Below are positions 8,444-17,859 of a stretch of DNA of 64,000 nucleotides, in pieces. Both the position numbers and the translations under genes were made by a program. The DNA is from a candidate division WOR-3 bacterium (GTDB lineage Bacteria; Hydrothermota; Hydrothermia; JBDRYB01), in contig JBDRYB010000003.1 of assembly GCA_039803205.1 (NCBI GenBank), positions 80,885 through 144,884 of the forward strand. The letters run 5' to 3'. How positions within the stretch are numbered: the first letter of the stretch is position 1; each line of letters starts with the position of its first letter. The notes under the pieces are model-generated. The model searched no databases. It was not told where the DNA came from and worked only from the letters and a program-made list of their open reading frames with translations.

Positions 8444-9461
8444 CCCATGCCCCAACCATCCTCATCCTAAAGGTTGGCAAGGGAAGGGCCAGGGCCCTGT
8501 TCATAGTGTATCCCGTTGACCATATCCTCTTGTAATCCTCATCCCCTCGCATGAAGTTGAACTCCGCAAGTCCAGCATCAGCGCACCACCTGATTGCGTG
8601 CGCCAGATGGACCTTTCCGGGGGACAGCTCAAAGAGCCCGGGATCGTATGATGTGTTCCAATCCCAGAATATCCCGTCCCGAAGAAAACCGAGCCTGTAT
8701 GAGATCAGAGAGCTGTCCGCCCTCATGGTAAAGATGAGCAGTCTTCCTTTGGCCTGGCTCTCTCGTATCATCCTTAAGGTAAAATCAGCCCTCTTTCCGA
8801 TAAATGGGCTTCTCCTCTCCCTTCTCTTGGCGTTCAGGTTTACCATTTCCGATATAAGGGCCTCATCAGCCTCCTTAAGGACATCGTATCTTACCTCAAA
8901 ATTCTCCCTGAGCTTTCGCTCCTTCTTGTGGATGTCCCTCCTCGCGTTCCTCCCGGCACCGCGCCAGAGCGCTTCGTATCCAACCCTGAGATCGGCGAAA
9001 TAAACCCTAACCCAATCCTGGAGTTTAACCCCAAAGGCATCTGAGAGAGGCGACGCGAACGCGGAAGATCCCGGGAACTGCTCAAGCCTTATCTCGTCCA
9101 CTTTGGGAACCCCCTTAAGGGCCTCAGCGAAGGCGCGCGCGACATCCCCCGGTTTTACATCAGGGCAAGCCAAGATATCTGAGAAGTCCGTGGGCCCCTG
9201 GGAGAGGAATGTTAGGATGCGCTTTTTGATCAATCCTCGCAAGGCCAAAGAGGCCTCCCTCCTCTCAAAGAAACCGCAGGCTAGGATGTCATTCCCCTCC
9301 CTGAGAACTATAGCAAAAGGCCTTTGGGCCAGGGTTTCAAGCCAGGGTAGGAGCCACCAGGATTCCATCTGTATCCCACATGGGTGCGCCCGTGCCAAAC
9401 GCTCAGCCATCCGGATGAGCTCGGCTATTTCATCGGGATTCTCAACCCTCTCCTTCCTCAA
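8412..9461 (-). CDS. GNAT family acetyltransferase (CelD/BcsL-like)
   Basis: YDPGLFELSPGKV and FNFMRGDEDYKRIW motifs. Confidence 0.85.
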   Translation of the reverse strand: MRKERVENPDEIAELIRMAERLARAHPCGIQMESWWLLPWLETLAQRPFAIVLREGNDILACGFFERREASLALRGLIKKRILTFLSQGPTDFSDILACPDVKPGDVARAFAEALKGVPKVDEIRLEQFPGSSAFASPLSDAFGVKLQDWVRVYFADLRVGYEALWRGAGRNARRDIHKKERKLRENFEVRYDVLKEADEALISEMVNLNAKRRERRSPFIGKRADFTLRMIRESQAKGRLLIFTMRADSSLISYRLGFLRDGIFWDWNTSYDPGLFELSPGKVHLAHAIRWCADAGLAEFNFMRGDEDYKRIWSTGYTMNRALALPLPTFRMRMVGAWARKPPRMPQA

Positions 9462-11340
9462 GTTTCCTCCTCCATGTGAATGTGATGCCGAATATCTTTA
9501 TGCCCGCGACCCTGGCCACGGGCCTGAATCCAGCGTTTCTGAAGGCCTTCATTGATGCCTCATTGCCTTCAAGCACGATTGCCTCGGCAACCGTGAGTCC
9601 TGCTTTCCTTGCGTCCTGCCAGATCGTTTCCAGGACACCCGTGTATATGCCAAGGCCCCTGAACTCAGGGAGAGTCAAAGAATCAAATACATAAGCAACA
9701 CCAGGACTCGCTTTGTAGCCTGTTCTCGGTTCACGCTCGCCACCAGTGGCTACCCAGGTTATGTGTGCTGGTTCGCCATTCCAAAAGCCAACATAGCAGG
9801 CAACACCCCTATTGTGTCTCTCCTCGTAGACCCCTTCTCTGTCCTTTCTAAAGACTCGGATCAGCTCTGGATCCGAGACCTTCTCAACCACGAGCCCGCC
9901 TGGGATCAGGAACGCCTCGCCGCTGTTCAAAGACCTTCTGACCAGAAAACCTTTGGTTATTCCAAAGAGACTCTTCCTGTAAAGATAAACACCCACAGTA
10001 GAAAAACCAATAGCGAGAACCACCCTCCACCAGACCCTCTGAGACATCAGCGAGGCGGCCGCAATTATCCCTGCCCAAACGGCTATGGCAACCAGCTTCT
10101 TCCACTCGTATTTTACCGGGAATTTTCTCTGTGAGGCTACCAGAGTGAATACGGAAATGAAGAGAAACGATATGAGGGTTGCCCATGCCGCGCCCATCAT
10201 TCCGAAGAGGGGAATGAGAAGGAGGTTGAGAGCCATGTTGAGGAGGGCTCCGATGATGAAAGCGACCGATATGGGCCACGGTTTCTTTATTATGTGCAAT
10301 CCGGCGCCGGTTATCCAGCCCGAACCAAGGACGACATAGGATAATGCAACGAGGCCAACCACATCCAGAGCGCCCCAGTATTGCTTCGTGGCCATCGCCT
10401 TCAGTATGGCGGGCGCGAGGAGAAAAAGCCCAAGGGTGACCCACAGCCCGAAGAAGGAGTAAAGGGTTGCTATTCGGGATATTGAGCTCTTTGCCCTTTC
10501 GTGATCCCCCGCCTCCGCGTAAATTAGGGGTGGCCAAGCGAGCCTGAAAGGCTTCACGAGGCCTATTTCCGAAAGCTGGCCTATTCTGTATCCGACCGAG
10601 TAAAGACCGACCTGCGTCATATCAGAGAGCGCCTGAAGGAAATACCTGTCAGACATGTTAAGAACCCAGGCCGCTAGGTTTCCGGGTTCAAGCGCTATCC
10701 CGAACTTGGTTATCTCTTTTAGCTTTCTCCAGGAGAAAGAGGGCTTTCTGTTCCAAAGGCCAACTGGGGCCAAGAGGGCGAGTATGGCGATGTTGGAGAT
10801 TATTCCTGCCTCAAGTATTCCCGCGACCCCCCTGAGGAAACCAACCACAAAGAGAATGTTCAGGCCCAGCCTGAGCGCAAAACCCCCGAGGTTCGCGATC
10901 GTGTAGAGCAGGGGCCTTTCCTGTGCCCTCATGAGGTTCTGAAGCACTACAACCCAGGAGCCCGTCGCGAAGCCGAGCGCTGTTAGGCTAACAAGGTAAG
11001 GGCCGCCGGAAACAGGGGCCAAAAAGCGCGAAAGGGGTCCCGCGAGGGCCATCATGAGGGTCGCGCCCGAGGAGCTCAGGACAACGACGGCACCAAGAGA
11101 GGAGTATATGACCTCGTTTCTCTCCCTTTCCTCAGGGTAAAACCTGAGCATTCCGGAGGGTATGCCGAGGCAGAAGGCTATGGTAAGAAGGCCTGATGTG
11201 ACCGATAGAACCGATAGGACGCCGTAATCAGCAGGGGTAAGGAACCTGGTATATACGGGCAGAAGCACAAAACCAACCAGAGGCGAGAGCAGTGTGCCCA
11301 GGCCGTATATGAGGGTATCCACGAGGAGGCGTCGGATCAC
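9442..11340 (-). CDS. Wzx-like polysaccharide flippase fused to a C-terminal GNAT domain
   Basis: LLPVYTRFLTPADYG, SDRYFL, VGLYSVG and LIPLFGMMGAAWAT motifs. C-terminal TLPEFRGLGIY...NEASMKAFRNAGF. Confidence 0.85.
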   Translation of the reverse strand: MIRRLLVDTLIYGLGTLLSPLVGFVLLPVYTRFLTPADYGVLSVLSVTSGLLTIAFCLGIPSGMLRFYPEERERNEVIYSSLGAVVVLSSSGATLMMALAGPLSRFLAPVSGGPYLVSLTALGFATGSWVVVLQNLMRAQERPLLYTIANLGGFALRLGLNILFVVGFLRGVAGILEAGIISNIAILALLAPVGLWNRKPSFSWRKLKEITKFGIALEPGNLAAWVLNMSDRYFLQALSDMTQVGLYSVGYRIGQLSEIGLVKPFRLAWPPLIYAEAGDHERAKSSISRIATLYSFFGLWVTLGLFLLAPAILKAMATKQYWGALDVVGLVALSYVVLGSGWITGAGLHIIKKPWPISVAFIIGALLNMALNLLLIPLFGMMGAAWATLISFLFISVFTLVASQRKFPVKYEWKKLVAIAVWAGIIAAASLMSQRVWWRVVLAIGFSTVGVYLYRKSLFGITKGFLVRRSLNSGEAFLIPGGLVVEKVSDPELIRVFRKDREGVYEERHNRGVACYVGFWNGEPAHITWVATGGEREPRTGYKASPGVAYVFDSLTLPEFRGLGIYTGVLETIWQDARKAGLTVAEAIVLEGNEASMKAFRNAGFRPVARVAGIKIFGITFTWRRKLEEGEG

Positions 11341-11446
11341 TTAGTTTTATAATTTTAACACGAGACTTCGACCGAAAGCATTCATGTTGCGGGGAACTGC
11401 TCAAACTGAATTATAATTTAAAGCCTGGTTCTAAGGGAGCAAAACC

Positions 11447-12571
11447 ATGAGAAGGTTATTTGTGCTGTTCTTGTTCTTCTCAGCCTGCGCCCCTAGGCAA
11501 GCCGGAAGGGAATCGGGTTCTGGCCCCCTGAGCGTCATGCCGGAGGATGTCCTCCTTCCCAATCCGGACAGCGTCCTCCGTGAGGCTCAGGACGCCTATA
11601 ACCGAAAGGACTACCCGAGAGCGGCCTCAGCCTATCTTGACTATGTTAGCCGCAACAATCAGAACGCTATTGCCCTGTATAATCTCGCGTGCTGTTTCGG
11701 GCTTATGGGGGATTCCATCAGGGCATCCGCCTTTCTAAGAGCCGCTTGGGACGCTGGATACAGGGACACCCTGCACATTCTGAGAGATCTGGATTTTGAA
11801 CCGGTCAGGGGATCGCTGGCTTTCAAGAGCACGATGGATGGGATCATGGCCGAGGCCACCAGGGGAACCGAGGGGAAAAACAAGGTCTACCTCTCCGTTG
11901 GAACCCTGCTCCCCTGCTATGTTGTGGTGCCGGAGGATTACGATGCGCAGGAGCGCTACCCCTTGGTTATTGGCCTCCACGGCTACGGGTCGGACCCAAA
12001 GCAGTTCTCAGACCTGTTCCGGAGACCATACAAAACGGACACAACGAAAAAGTCAATGAAGATCAGCTTCATCTACGCGGTCCCATGCGCGCCCTATCCG
12101 GTGAGCCTTGGCGGGAAGCCCGGCTATTCCTGGACCCCTCCGGAGGGCGAAATAGGCAAAAGGGCTATATGGATGGACGCGGACTACATAACCTCCTTGC
12201 CTCGTGAGCTCCTCAAGTCCTACAACATTGATACCACCCGGGTCTATCTCCTTGGTTTCTCCCAGGGAGCGAGCATGGCATACACAATAGGGCTCAACAA
12301 CTACAAGCGCTTTAAGGGGATAATCGCGTTCGCGGGATGGTTTGATACCACAATGGTGTCCCTTGAGTCCATAAGAAAGGCAAAGGCAGAGGGCATGAAG
12401 GTATTCATAGCCCACGGGAAATACGACCAATCGGTGCCGGTGACCGCGAGCATGGGGGCATACAAGTTTCTGAAGGAGATCTATCTTGATGTCTGGATAT
12501 CGCAGTTTGAGGGCGGGCACGAGGTTCCGATGGAGACCCTTGAGTTCGCCATAAAGTGGATGGGGTTATGA
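11447..12571 (+). CDS. Lipoprotein with TPR region and alpha/beta-hydrolase (phospholipase/carboxylesterase) domain
   Basis: Lipobox FSAC, TPR-like YNLACC, and hydrolase motifs LHGYG, GFSQG, HGKYD and GGH. Confidence 0.85.
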   Translation: MRRLFVLFLFFSACAPRQAGRESGSGPLSVMPEDVLLPNPDSVLREAQDAYNRKDYPRAASAYLDYVSRNNQNAIALYNLACCFGLMGDSIRASAFLRAAWDAGYRDTLHILRDLDFEPVRGSLAFKSTMDGIMAEATRGTEGKNKVYLSVGTLLPCYVVVPEDYDAQERYPLVIGLHGYGSDPKQFSDLFRRPYKTDTTKKSMKISFIYAVPCAPYPVSLGGKPGYSWTPPEGEIGKRAIWMDADYITSLPRELLKSYNIDTTRVYLLGFSQGASMAYTIGLNNYKRFKGIIAFAGWFDTTMVSLESIRKAKAEGMKVFIAHGKYDQSVPVTASMGAYKFLKEIYLDVWISQFEGGHEVPMETLEFAIKWMGL

Positions 12572-12979
12572 GAGATGTTCTTGCTCACCCCTGCCAGATG
12601 CCCCCTTCATTCCCTCAAAAGCCATTACGAGGAGCCCAGCGCCCCTCATCACATCCGAAGCCGACATCCGTGCGAGCTTCTCCCGGAGCCTCTCAATCCT
12701 CCTCCTTGCCCTCCGGTAATCCGAGCACCTTTTATCCGTTGAGACATCAAGGATGGCCAGGATGTGGACGAGTCGCTCAACCGATGGCTCATCCTCCATA
12801 AGGGGAGCGAATGCCTCCTCAACCGAGCCAAATACCGCCTGTAGCCAGATTAGGGTGAGGGCGGTTGCTGGGCGAACCCTTGCGGGGCCAACCCGACCGA
12901 GCTCGCCCCTGAGAAAACCCAGGGCCAGGGCCTTCCCCCTTTCTGCCTGAACCTTTGCCTTCTTTATCAGCTCTTTCAT
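12566..12979 (-). CDS. Hypothetical protein, last gene of the head-tail operon (tail assembly chaperone position)
   Basis: ATGA overlap with the tail tube gene. Helical. Function inferred from position only. Confidence 0.5.
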   Translation of the reverse strand: MKELIKKAKVQAERGKALALGFLRGELGRVGPARVRPATALTLIWLQAVFGSVEEAFAPLMEDEPSVERLVHILAILDVSTDKRCSDYRRARRRIERLREKLARMSASDVMRGAGLLVMAFEGMKGASGRGEQEHLS

Positions 12980-13683
12980 TCTGAGACTATCCTCTCGCGT
13001 GTTATGAACCCATCCTCGTCAGAGAGAAGGATAAAACTGAGCTTCATTAGGGTTTCCCTCCCTGAGAGGAATTCCTCTGACCAAGAGGAGAGGACAGCCC
13101 TCCTCGCCTCTATTACCCTGAATGCCTGGCCCTCGGAAGACGAACGCCCCAAGGCAGGGAAAACGAGGATGAGGGCAAAATCTCTGCAAAGATAATAACG
13201 ATCCTCATCCTCCCCGTATGCGTATGAAACCAAAACCTCCTGTCCGGCGTCCTCCTCCGCAAAATAAAGAGCCCTCTCACCGGGGTCATATGAAAAGAAA
13301 CCAGCCGAAGGGCGTTCTGCCATATCAAAAACATCCCCTGAGGGAGTCTCCACGATCAGGCTCTCCGGAGCCGGCTCATCCGGAAGCCTCAGCTTGAAAG
13401 GGGACTCATCGGGAACCGTGAGCCTCAGGTCCCTCTTGAATGCCCTGGCCCCTCCGGCTCCGGTGATCGGGTTTGGGTCAAAGATCACCCTAGCAACGCA
13501 CGAGACGGTTCCGCTACCAGGGCCAGGCACAGCCGCGACGGGGAACTCATCCCTTTCGGAGTAAATGGGCCTCATAGAGTAATCAAGAAGGATGCTGACC
13601 TCCTCTAGATCAGCTATCTTCAGAGCTTGTCTCCCGCGGAGAAGGAGTTCCCCAACGCCTCCACTGTAATACCTTCTCTTCAC
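12976..13683 (-). CDS. Phage tail tube-like protein
   Basis: GVGEL...LEEVSI...IY...FPVA N-terminal pattern, inserted P.AG.FS...F..EDAGQEVLVSY.Y domain, C-terminal L.F...DEDG. Follows the neck genes. Confidence 0.65.
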   Translation of the reverse strand: MKRRYYSGGVGELLLRGRQALKIADLEEVSILLDYSMRPIYSERDEFPVAAVPGPGSGTVSCVARVIFDPNPITGAGGARAFKRDLRLTVPDESPFKLRLPDEPAPESLIVETPSGDVFDMAERPSAGFFSYDPGERALYFAEEDAGQEVLVSYAYGEDEDRYYLCRDFALILVFPALGRSSSEGQAFRVIEARRAVLSSWSEEFLSGRETLMKLSFILLSDEDGFITRERIVSE

Positions 13684-13692
13684 GATACCCCC

Positions 13693-14037
13693 TTAGAAAA
13701 AGCACCTCGCTGTGAGCCTCACCACAGCCCTTTCTCCCTCCCCCAAGGAAGTAGCGGAACACTCCGATAGCCGCATCCCTAGCCCAGCTGAGAGCGCCTG
13801 TCTTGCGTTCTCTGCAACGGCCATTGCATCAGAAAGGCAGGAATCTACAGCGATCAGCTCAAACCTGAGGAGGCCGTGCTCGTGGTCCGCTGAGCAAAGG
13901 AAGACCCTCTCCCACCTGGCCGTGTAATAGAGGCCTGGTTCTCTCGGCTCGCTCATGCTGGAATCCAGCGGTATTGCGGGACACCCTTGATTCTCAAGGA
14001 TCTCAAGCACCTCTTGGATGTAGTCAACCAGCCTCAC
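13693..14037 (-). CDS. Putative tail terminator/completion protein
   Basis: 114 aa, located between the head-closure and tail tube genes. Alpha/beta pattern ..AVAENARQAL. Confidence 0.5.
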   Translation of the reverse strand: MRLVDYIQEVLEILENQGCPAIPLDSSMSEPREPGLYYTARWERVFLCSADHEHGLLRFELIAVDSCLSDAMAVAENARQALSAGLGMRLSECSATSLGEGERAVVRLTARCFF

Positions 14038-14369
14038 CTTATCTCAAACCTCCCATTGTATTCCTCAAGCAGAAGCTCCCAGTGATCCGTCCCGAATCCG
14101 GAAAACCGCCTCACCTCTTTTACCGCAAAAGCCCTCCCCGCGCGTTCAACCCAGCGTGGTTCCTCGCTTAGGGGAGGGGTGATAGCGATGGCGCGCTCTC
14201 TCGTTTCACGGCCGTAGGGGTCATCCTCTGCCCTAAAGGAGGCCCTTCCCCAACCGCATTGAACCCTGTTCCCTCTCGTGAAGATAGCGAGTTCAGAGCC
14301 GAGGGCATCCCTTTCGCCTACTAGATGAAGGATGTAAATGCTGTCCCTCATGAGAAATCCAAAGGCCAT
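14034..14369 (-). CDS. Putative head-closure (stopper, SPP1 gp16-like) protein
   Basis: GGAGG RBS and TGATG coupling. Patterns RDALG and GRAFAVKEV...HWELLLEE. Gene order. Confidence 0.55.
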   Translation of the reverse strand: MAFGFLMRDSIYILHLVGERDALGSELAIFTRGNRVQCGWGRASFRAEDDPYGRETRERAIAITPPLSEEPRWVERAGRAFAVKEVRRFSGFGTDHWELLLEEYNGRFEIR

Positions 14370-14890
14370 CAGAGAAACCTCCTCCTGTGCGCGTATCTTA
14401 TGAGGACCCACCGGACATCATCCGAGAGAAGAGGGTTTTCCCGGAAATCTATGCCAGTCTCTCCGGATCTGAATCCGGAGATGTCCGGCCTCGGCCCCGC
14501 TAGGATCCTCGCGGCAACTCGGGCCACTGTTCTGGCAACATCATCCGGGACAGGATCCTTCGGATCGTTGTAGTAATACACCACATCAACAGGCCTTCCG
14601 GTCTCAACCCTCATCTCGCCTATGCGTTGATTGAGCCACTCCCAGGCAACATCATTGCCCTTGTCATCCTTGACCGAGACTACGCTGTGAACAGGCCAGT
14701 GGCTGAGAAGCACCCAGAACCTGATGGGATTGTGCCTCTCGGAAGCCGGTTCAGCCCTGAAATGCCTGCCCGTGAAGGCATCAATGATGTCGGAGGCCTG
14801 GCATATAGCGAGGCTTATCTCCTCATCGGTCCTATCCTGCTCCCCCAAGAGTCCCAACTCGGCCCTCACATCGCTTATTTCGCAATACAT
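14369..14890 (-). CDS. Head-tail connector (HK97 gp6/SPP1 gp15-like)
   Basis: MYCEISDVRAELG, ASDIIDAFTGRHF, VPDDV and L.RY motifs. Directly follows the capsid gene. Confidence 0.75.
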   Translation of the reverse strand: MYCEISDVRAELGLLGEQDRTDEEISLAICQASDIIDAFTGRHFRAEPASERHNPIRFWVLLSHWPVHSVVSVKDDKGNDVAWEWLNQRIGEMRVETGRPVDVVYYYNDPKDPVPDDVARTVARVAARILAGPRPDISGFRSGETGIDFRENPLLSDDVRWVLIRYAHRRRFL

Positions 14891-14906
14891 GGCTTTTTCC
14901 CTTTAA

Positions 14907-14930
14907 TTAAAAGGGGCCTTTCGGCCCCTC
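14907..14930 (-). terminator. Intrinsic terminator directly after the major capsid gene
   Basis: Minus strand GAGGGGCC-GAAA-GGCCCCTT followed by TTAATT. Confidence 0.75.
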
Positions 14931-14933
14931 ATC

Positions 14934-15947
14934 TCACTGGCCAAGGTTCTCTGCCTTGACAAAGGGGGTTATCCCTCCATCCGTGTCCCAGGCCAGCTTG
15001 CCATCTATCCGCTCCGTTATCGTTATCAGAACCTCATCCTTGAGAGCGAGGTCCTCGTCCTCCGTTATGACCCTGAGCTCAAGCCCGTTCCGTTCAAAGA
15101 TGTGGTAGAACCTCATGTCTCCGAGATATATGTCCCCATCGGCAAGGACAGAAGCCTCGTGAACAGGCCTCCCGTATACCGTCCAAGAGAAGGCTCCGGA
15201 TAGGCTAGGAACGAGAAGGGGCCTTCCTGTTGTATCCTCAAGGCCGAGAAGGAGCGCCTTCGTCGCGCTGTTCGCATACCAGGCCGCGCTCTCGCGAAAC
15301 TCAGGGGGCAGTTTCACATACATCTCGTTCAGGACATCTAGGATGTCTTTGCCGGTCGCGTCTATGACCCAAGAGGCTGGTATTGCCCCGTCTATGCCAG
15401 AGGGTTTGCCTGTTCCATCACCGAGCCAAAACGCGCTTTCCTCGGTGTATCTTATAGCCCTTCCGAGGGAATCCGCTATCTCAGCCCCAATATCAACTGA
15501 GCTGTCCTCAAGCGCCTCTACGGTCACCTTGGTGTAGGCCTTGAGCTTGTTCAGGTTCCAAGCCAGGTATCCAAAGGCTGGCTCTGATTCGGCCGGGGGT
15601 TCCGTGTCCTCCGAAACCCAGTATGCGGTGAGGGAAGGCCTGGCAACCGGAACCCTCCCCGTGGACTCAGCGACCCTATGGAGGGTTGCTCCGGGCCGGA
15701 CAGATGCCCCTAGTTCCGCGGCCTTTATGACCTCATTTGAGATACCGGTCGGGAGAAAGGGTGTCTCTCCCGAAGTTAGGGTCTTCAGCTTGGCGGAATC
15801 CCTGAAAGCCATTGCCCTTACTATATCAGCCAGACGCGTGTGAGGGTTCTCAGGCTCAGGGCTGTATGCCTTCCTTAGCCTTTCATCCATGGCTTCCCTT
15901 ACAGCCTTTCTCAGGAGCTCAGTGAGCTCCCCCTTTGTCATCTCCAT
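14934..15947 (-). CDS. HK97-family major capsid protein
   Basis: AYWVSE, KLKAYTKVTVEALEDS, AFWLGDGTGKPSGI, LEDTTGRPL, GRPV, GDMRFY and ERIDG motifs. AAGGAGG RBS. Confidence 0.93.
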   Translation of the reverse strand: MEMTKGELTELLRKAVREAMDERLRKAYSPEPENPHTRLADIVRAMAFRDSAKLKTLTSGETPFLPTGISNEVIKAAELGASVRPGATLHRVAESTGRVPVARPSLTAYWVSEDTEPPAESEPAFGYLAWNLNKLKAYTKVTVEALEDSSVDIGAEIADSLGRAIRYTEESAFWLGDGTGKPSGIDGAIPASWVIDATGKDILDVLNEMYVKLPPEFRESAAWYANSATKALLLGLEDTTGRPLLVPSLSGAFSWTVYGRPVHEASVLADGDIYLGDMRFYHIFERNGLELRVITEDEDLALKDEVLITITERIDGKLAWDTDGGITPFVKAENLGQ

Positions 15948-15949
15948 TT

Positions 15950-16468
15950 CTATTCCTCCTTTATCCTTATGGTCTCCTCCCCGAGGAGAGGGTTTATTCT
16001 CTCAAGTTCCTTCTCAAACCTCAGCATGCCGTCCCTGTATAGGGTGTTTAGCGCCTCAGGATTCGCTGGAACGGATACAGCTGAGTATTCCAGGAGTTCC
16101 TGCCGGATGTATTTCCGGCCCCCGGATGCCAAGGGTTCCCATCTGAGGGCAATGAAAGAGACGCTCCAAGCGTTGAGGACCCCCTCCCTGTAGAGCTGCC
16201 ATATCTCCTCCGCCAGGGGGGTCCTCGCGAATTTCGTTCTGGCGACAAGAGCGTCTCCAACCCTTTTTATATCCAGACAGCGCCCTATTGGCGCCTCATA
16301 CCTGTGCATCCAAAGGACAACGGGGTTCCTGAGAAAGTTCTCAAGCTCCCAGCCGGAGACCTCAACAATATCCCCGTCCCTATCCGGGTCAGATGTTGAG
16401 ATAACAGCTTCGACCGTCCTACTTTCCTCATTAACCCCGCGGGTGAAACCCGTTTTTACTACGAGCAT
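15950..16468 (-). CDS. HK97-family prohead protease
   Basis: DRDGDIV, NPVVLWMH..PIG, AWSVSF and ELLEYSAVSVPANPEA motifs. GGAGG RBS before ATG 16468. Confidence 0.93.
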   Translation of the reverse strand: MLVVKTGFTRGVNEESRTVEAVISTSDPDRDGDIVEVSGWELENFLRNPVVLWMHRYEAPIGRCLDIKRVGDALVARTKFARTPLAEEIWQLYREGVLNAWSVSFIALRWEPLASGGRKYIRQELLEYSAVSVPANPEALNTLYRDGMLRFEKELERINPLLGEETIRIKEE

Positions 16469-16568
16469 TTTTCCTCCACTCAGAGGGAATAGTGCGAATG
16501 ACACGGATGATTCTCCCTAGAAAAATGGTCGCGTGGAATTCTTTATGCTATGCTCGCTGAATGTGCGG

Positions 16569-17300
16569 CTATCTTACCTTCTCCCCCGTGGTTATGGCTA
16601 TCCTTGACCCCACGATATACTCGGTTTCAAGGGTGGAGAAACCAGCCTTCTCCATGAGGTAGTGCAAGAGCCAAGGAGACCAAAGCCTAAACTTTGCCTG
16701 AAAGCCCCTCGGCTCAGATGGGCCCAGATACAGGCGCCTCACAAAACCCTCAAGGGTATTGAGCTCTGTGTGATACGATATCAGGAAACCGGACTCCGTT
16801 TCCTCAACGAGGACATCCTTATATCCCTGATAAAGAAGCCCAATCCAGTCAAGATAATGGATCATGATCCATCCGCCGGGCCTCAGGACCCTGTGGCACT
16901 CGGAGAGGATTCTCTCCATTTCATTCATATCCCAGTGTGGGAGCGGGTTTGAGAGCATCGCGACGGCATCAAAGCTCTCAGGGGGGAACTCCAGCTTTCT
17001 TATGTCCATTAGCCTGAACTCCGCTGGGAGCCCGGATTCCTGAGCGAACTTCCTGGCCTTGGTGATGTATTCCTCCTGGATATCTATGCCCACCACCTTC
17101 TCATACCCTCCGGCGATCAGGGCCGCGGACGAAACCCCCATTCCACACCCCACATCAAGCACGAGTCCGCCACTGGGCTCCAGATATTCCTCAACCAGGT
17201 CAGCGAGGAGGTTTATGCGCCTTTTGCCCTCACGGGACAGGGGATCGTATATCTCGCCGTAAAAGCAGTAGTGGCGCTTTATTCCGGTATCAAGTTCCAT
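16569..17300 (-). CDS. Class I SAM-dependent methyltransferase
   Basis: VLDVGCGMG, GIDI and RVLRPGG motifs. Confidence 0.9.
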   Translation of the reverse strand: MELDTGIKRHYCFYGEIYDPLSREGKRRINLLADLVEEYLEPSGGLVLDVGCGMGVSSAALIAGGYEKVVGIDIQEEYITKARKFAQESGLPAEFRLMDIRKLEFPPESFDAVAMLSNPLPHWDMNEMERILSECHRVLRPGGWIMIHYLDWIGLLYQGYKDVLVEETESGFLISYHTELNTLEGFVRRLYLGPSEPRGFQAKFRLWSPWLLHYLMEKAGFSTLETEYIVGSRIAITTGEKVR

Positions 17301-17301
17301 C

Positions 17302-17775
17302 TTAGGCTCCTATGTGAAAGAGTGGATTAACCACCTCGTAATCCTCAAACCTCATGGCAATTTCCCGCTCGGCCTCAAGGATGTGAAAGTGGCTTCTCTC
17401 CATCATGGCAAGGTATTCCAATAGGATGGATTCTTCTCCGGAGAGGGATTTTGCCAGGTTCAGGTAGAACTCCTCAGAGGCCCGCTCCGCGTCCATTGCG
17501 CCTCTAAGGAGATCAGATATGGGGGTCTTTTCTCCGGGGACATAACGAGGCGATGGGACAGGGGTTTTATCTGGGATGAACGGTTCCTCTTTGAACTTCT
17601 GGACAAAGAGCCTCCTCAGAAAATCCTCGTGCTTGGACTCCTCAGAAGCAAGAAAGACTAGGCGTTCCGCCAAAAGGAGGTTTCTGATCCCGCCTGCGAG
17701 GCTGGCGTAGAACTCCCTTGCCTCCTGTTCAGAGCGGATGGCCTGACCAAACAAGATCTTAATCTCTTTTCCCAT
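17302..17775 (-). CDS. Rubrerythrin/ferritin-like di-iron protein
   Basis: Duplicated E...FY..LA and EESKH/MERSH motifs. Start placed at MGKEIK. Confidence 0.85.
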   Translation of the reverse strand: MGKEIKILFGQAIRSEQEAREFYASLAGGIRNLLLAERLVFLASEESKHEDFLRRLFVQKFKEEPFIPDKTPVPSPRYVPGEKTPISDLLRGAMDAERASEEFYLNLAKSLSGEESILLEYLAMMERSHFHILEAEREIAMRFEDYEVVNPLFHIGA

Positions 17776-17859
17776 GGTTCCATATTTTACTTCATTCCCT
17801 CGTATCCAAACAATCCCTTGCTCCTCGTTGCGCCAGGACATTAACATTTCCTCCTGGAT

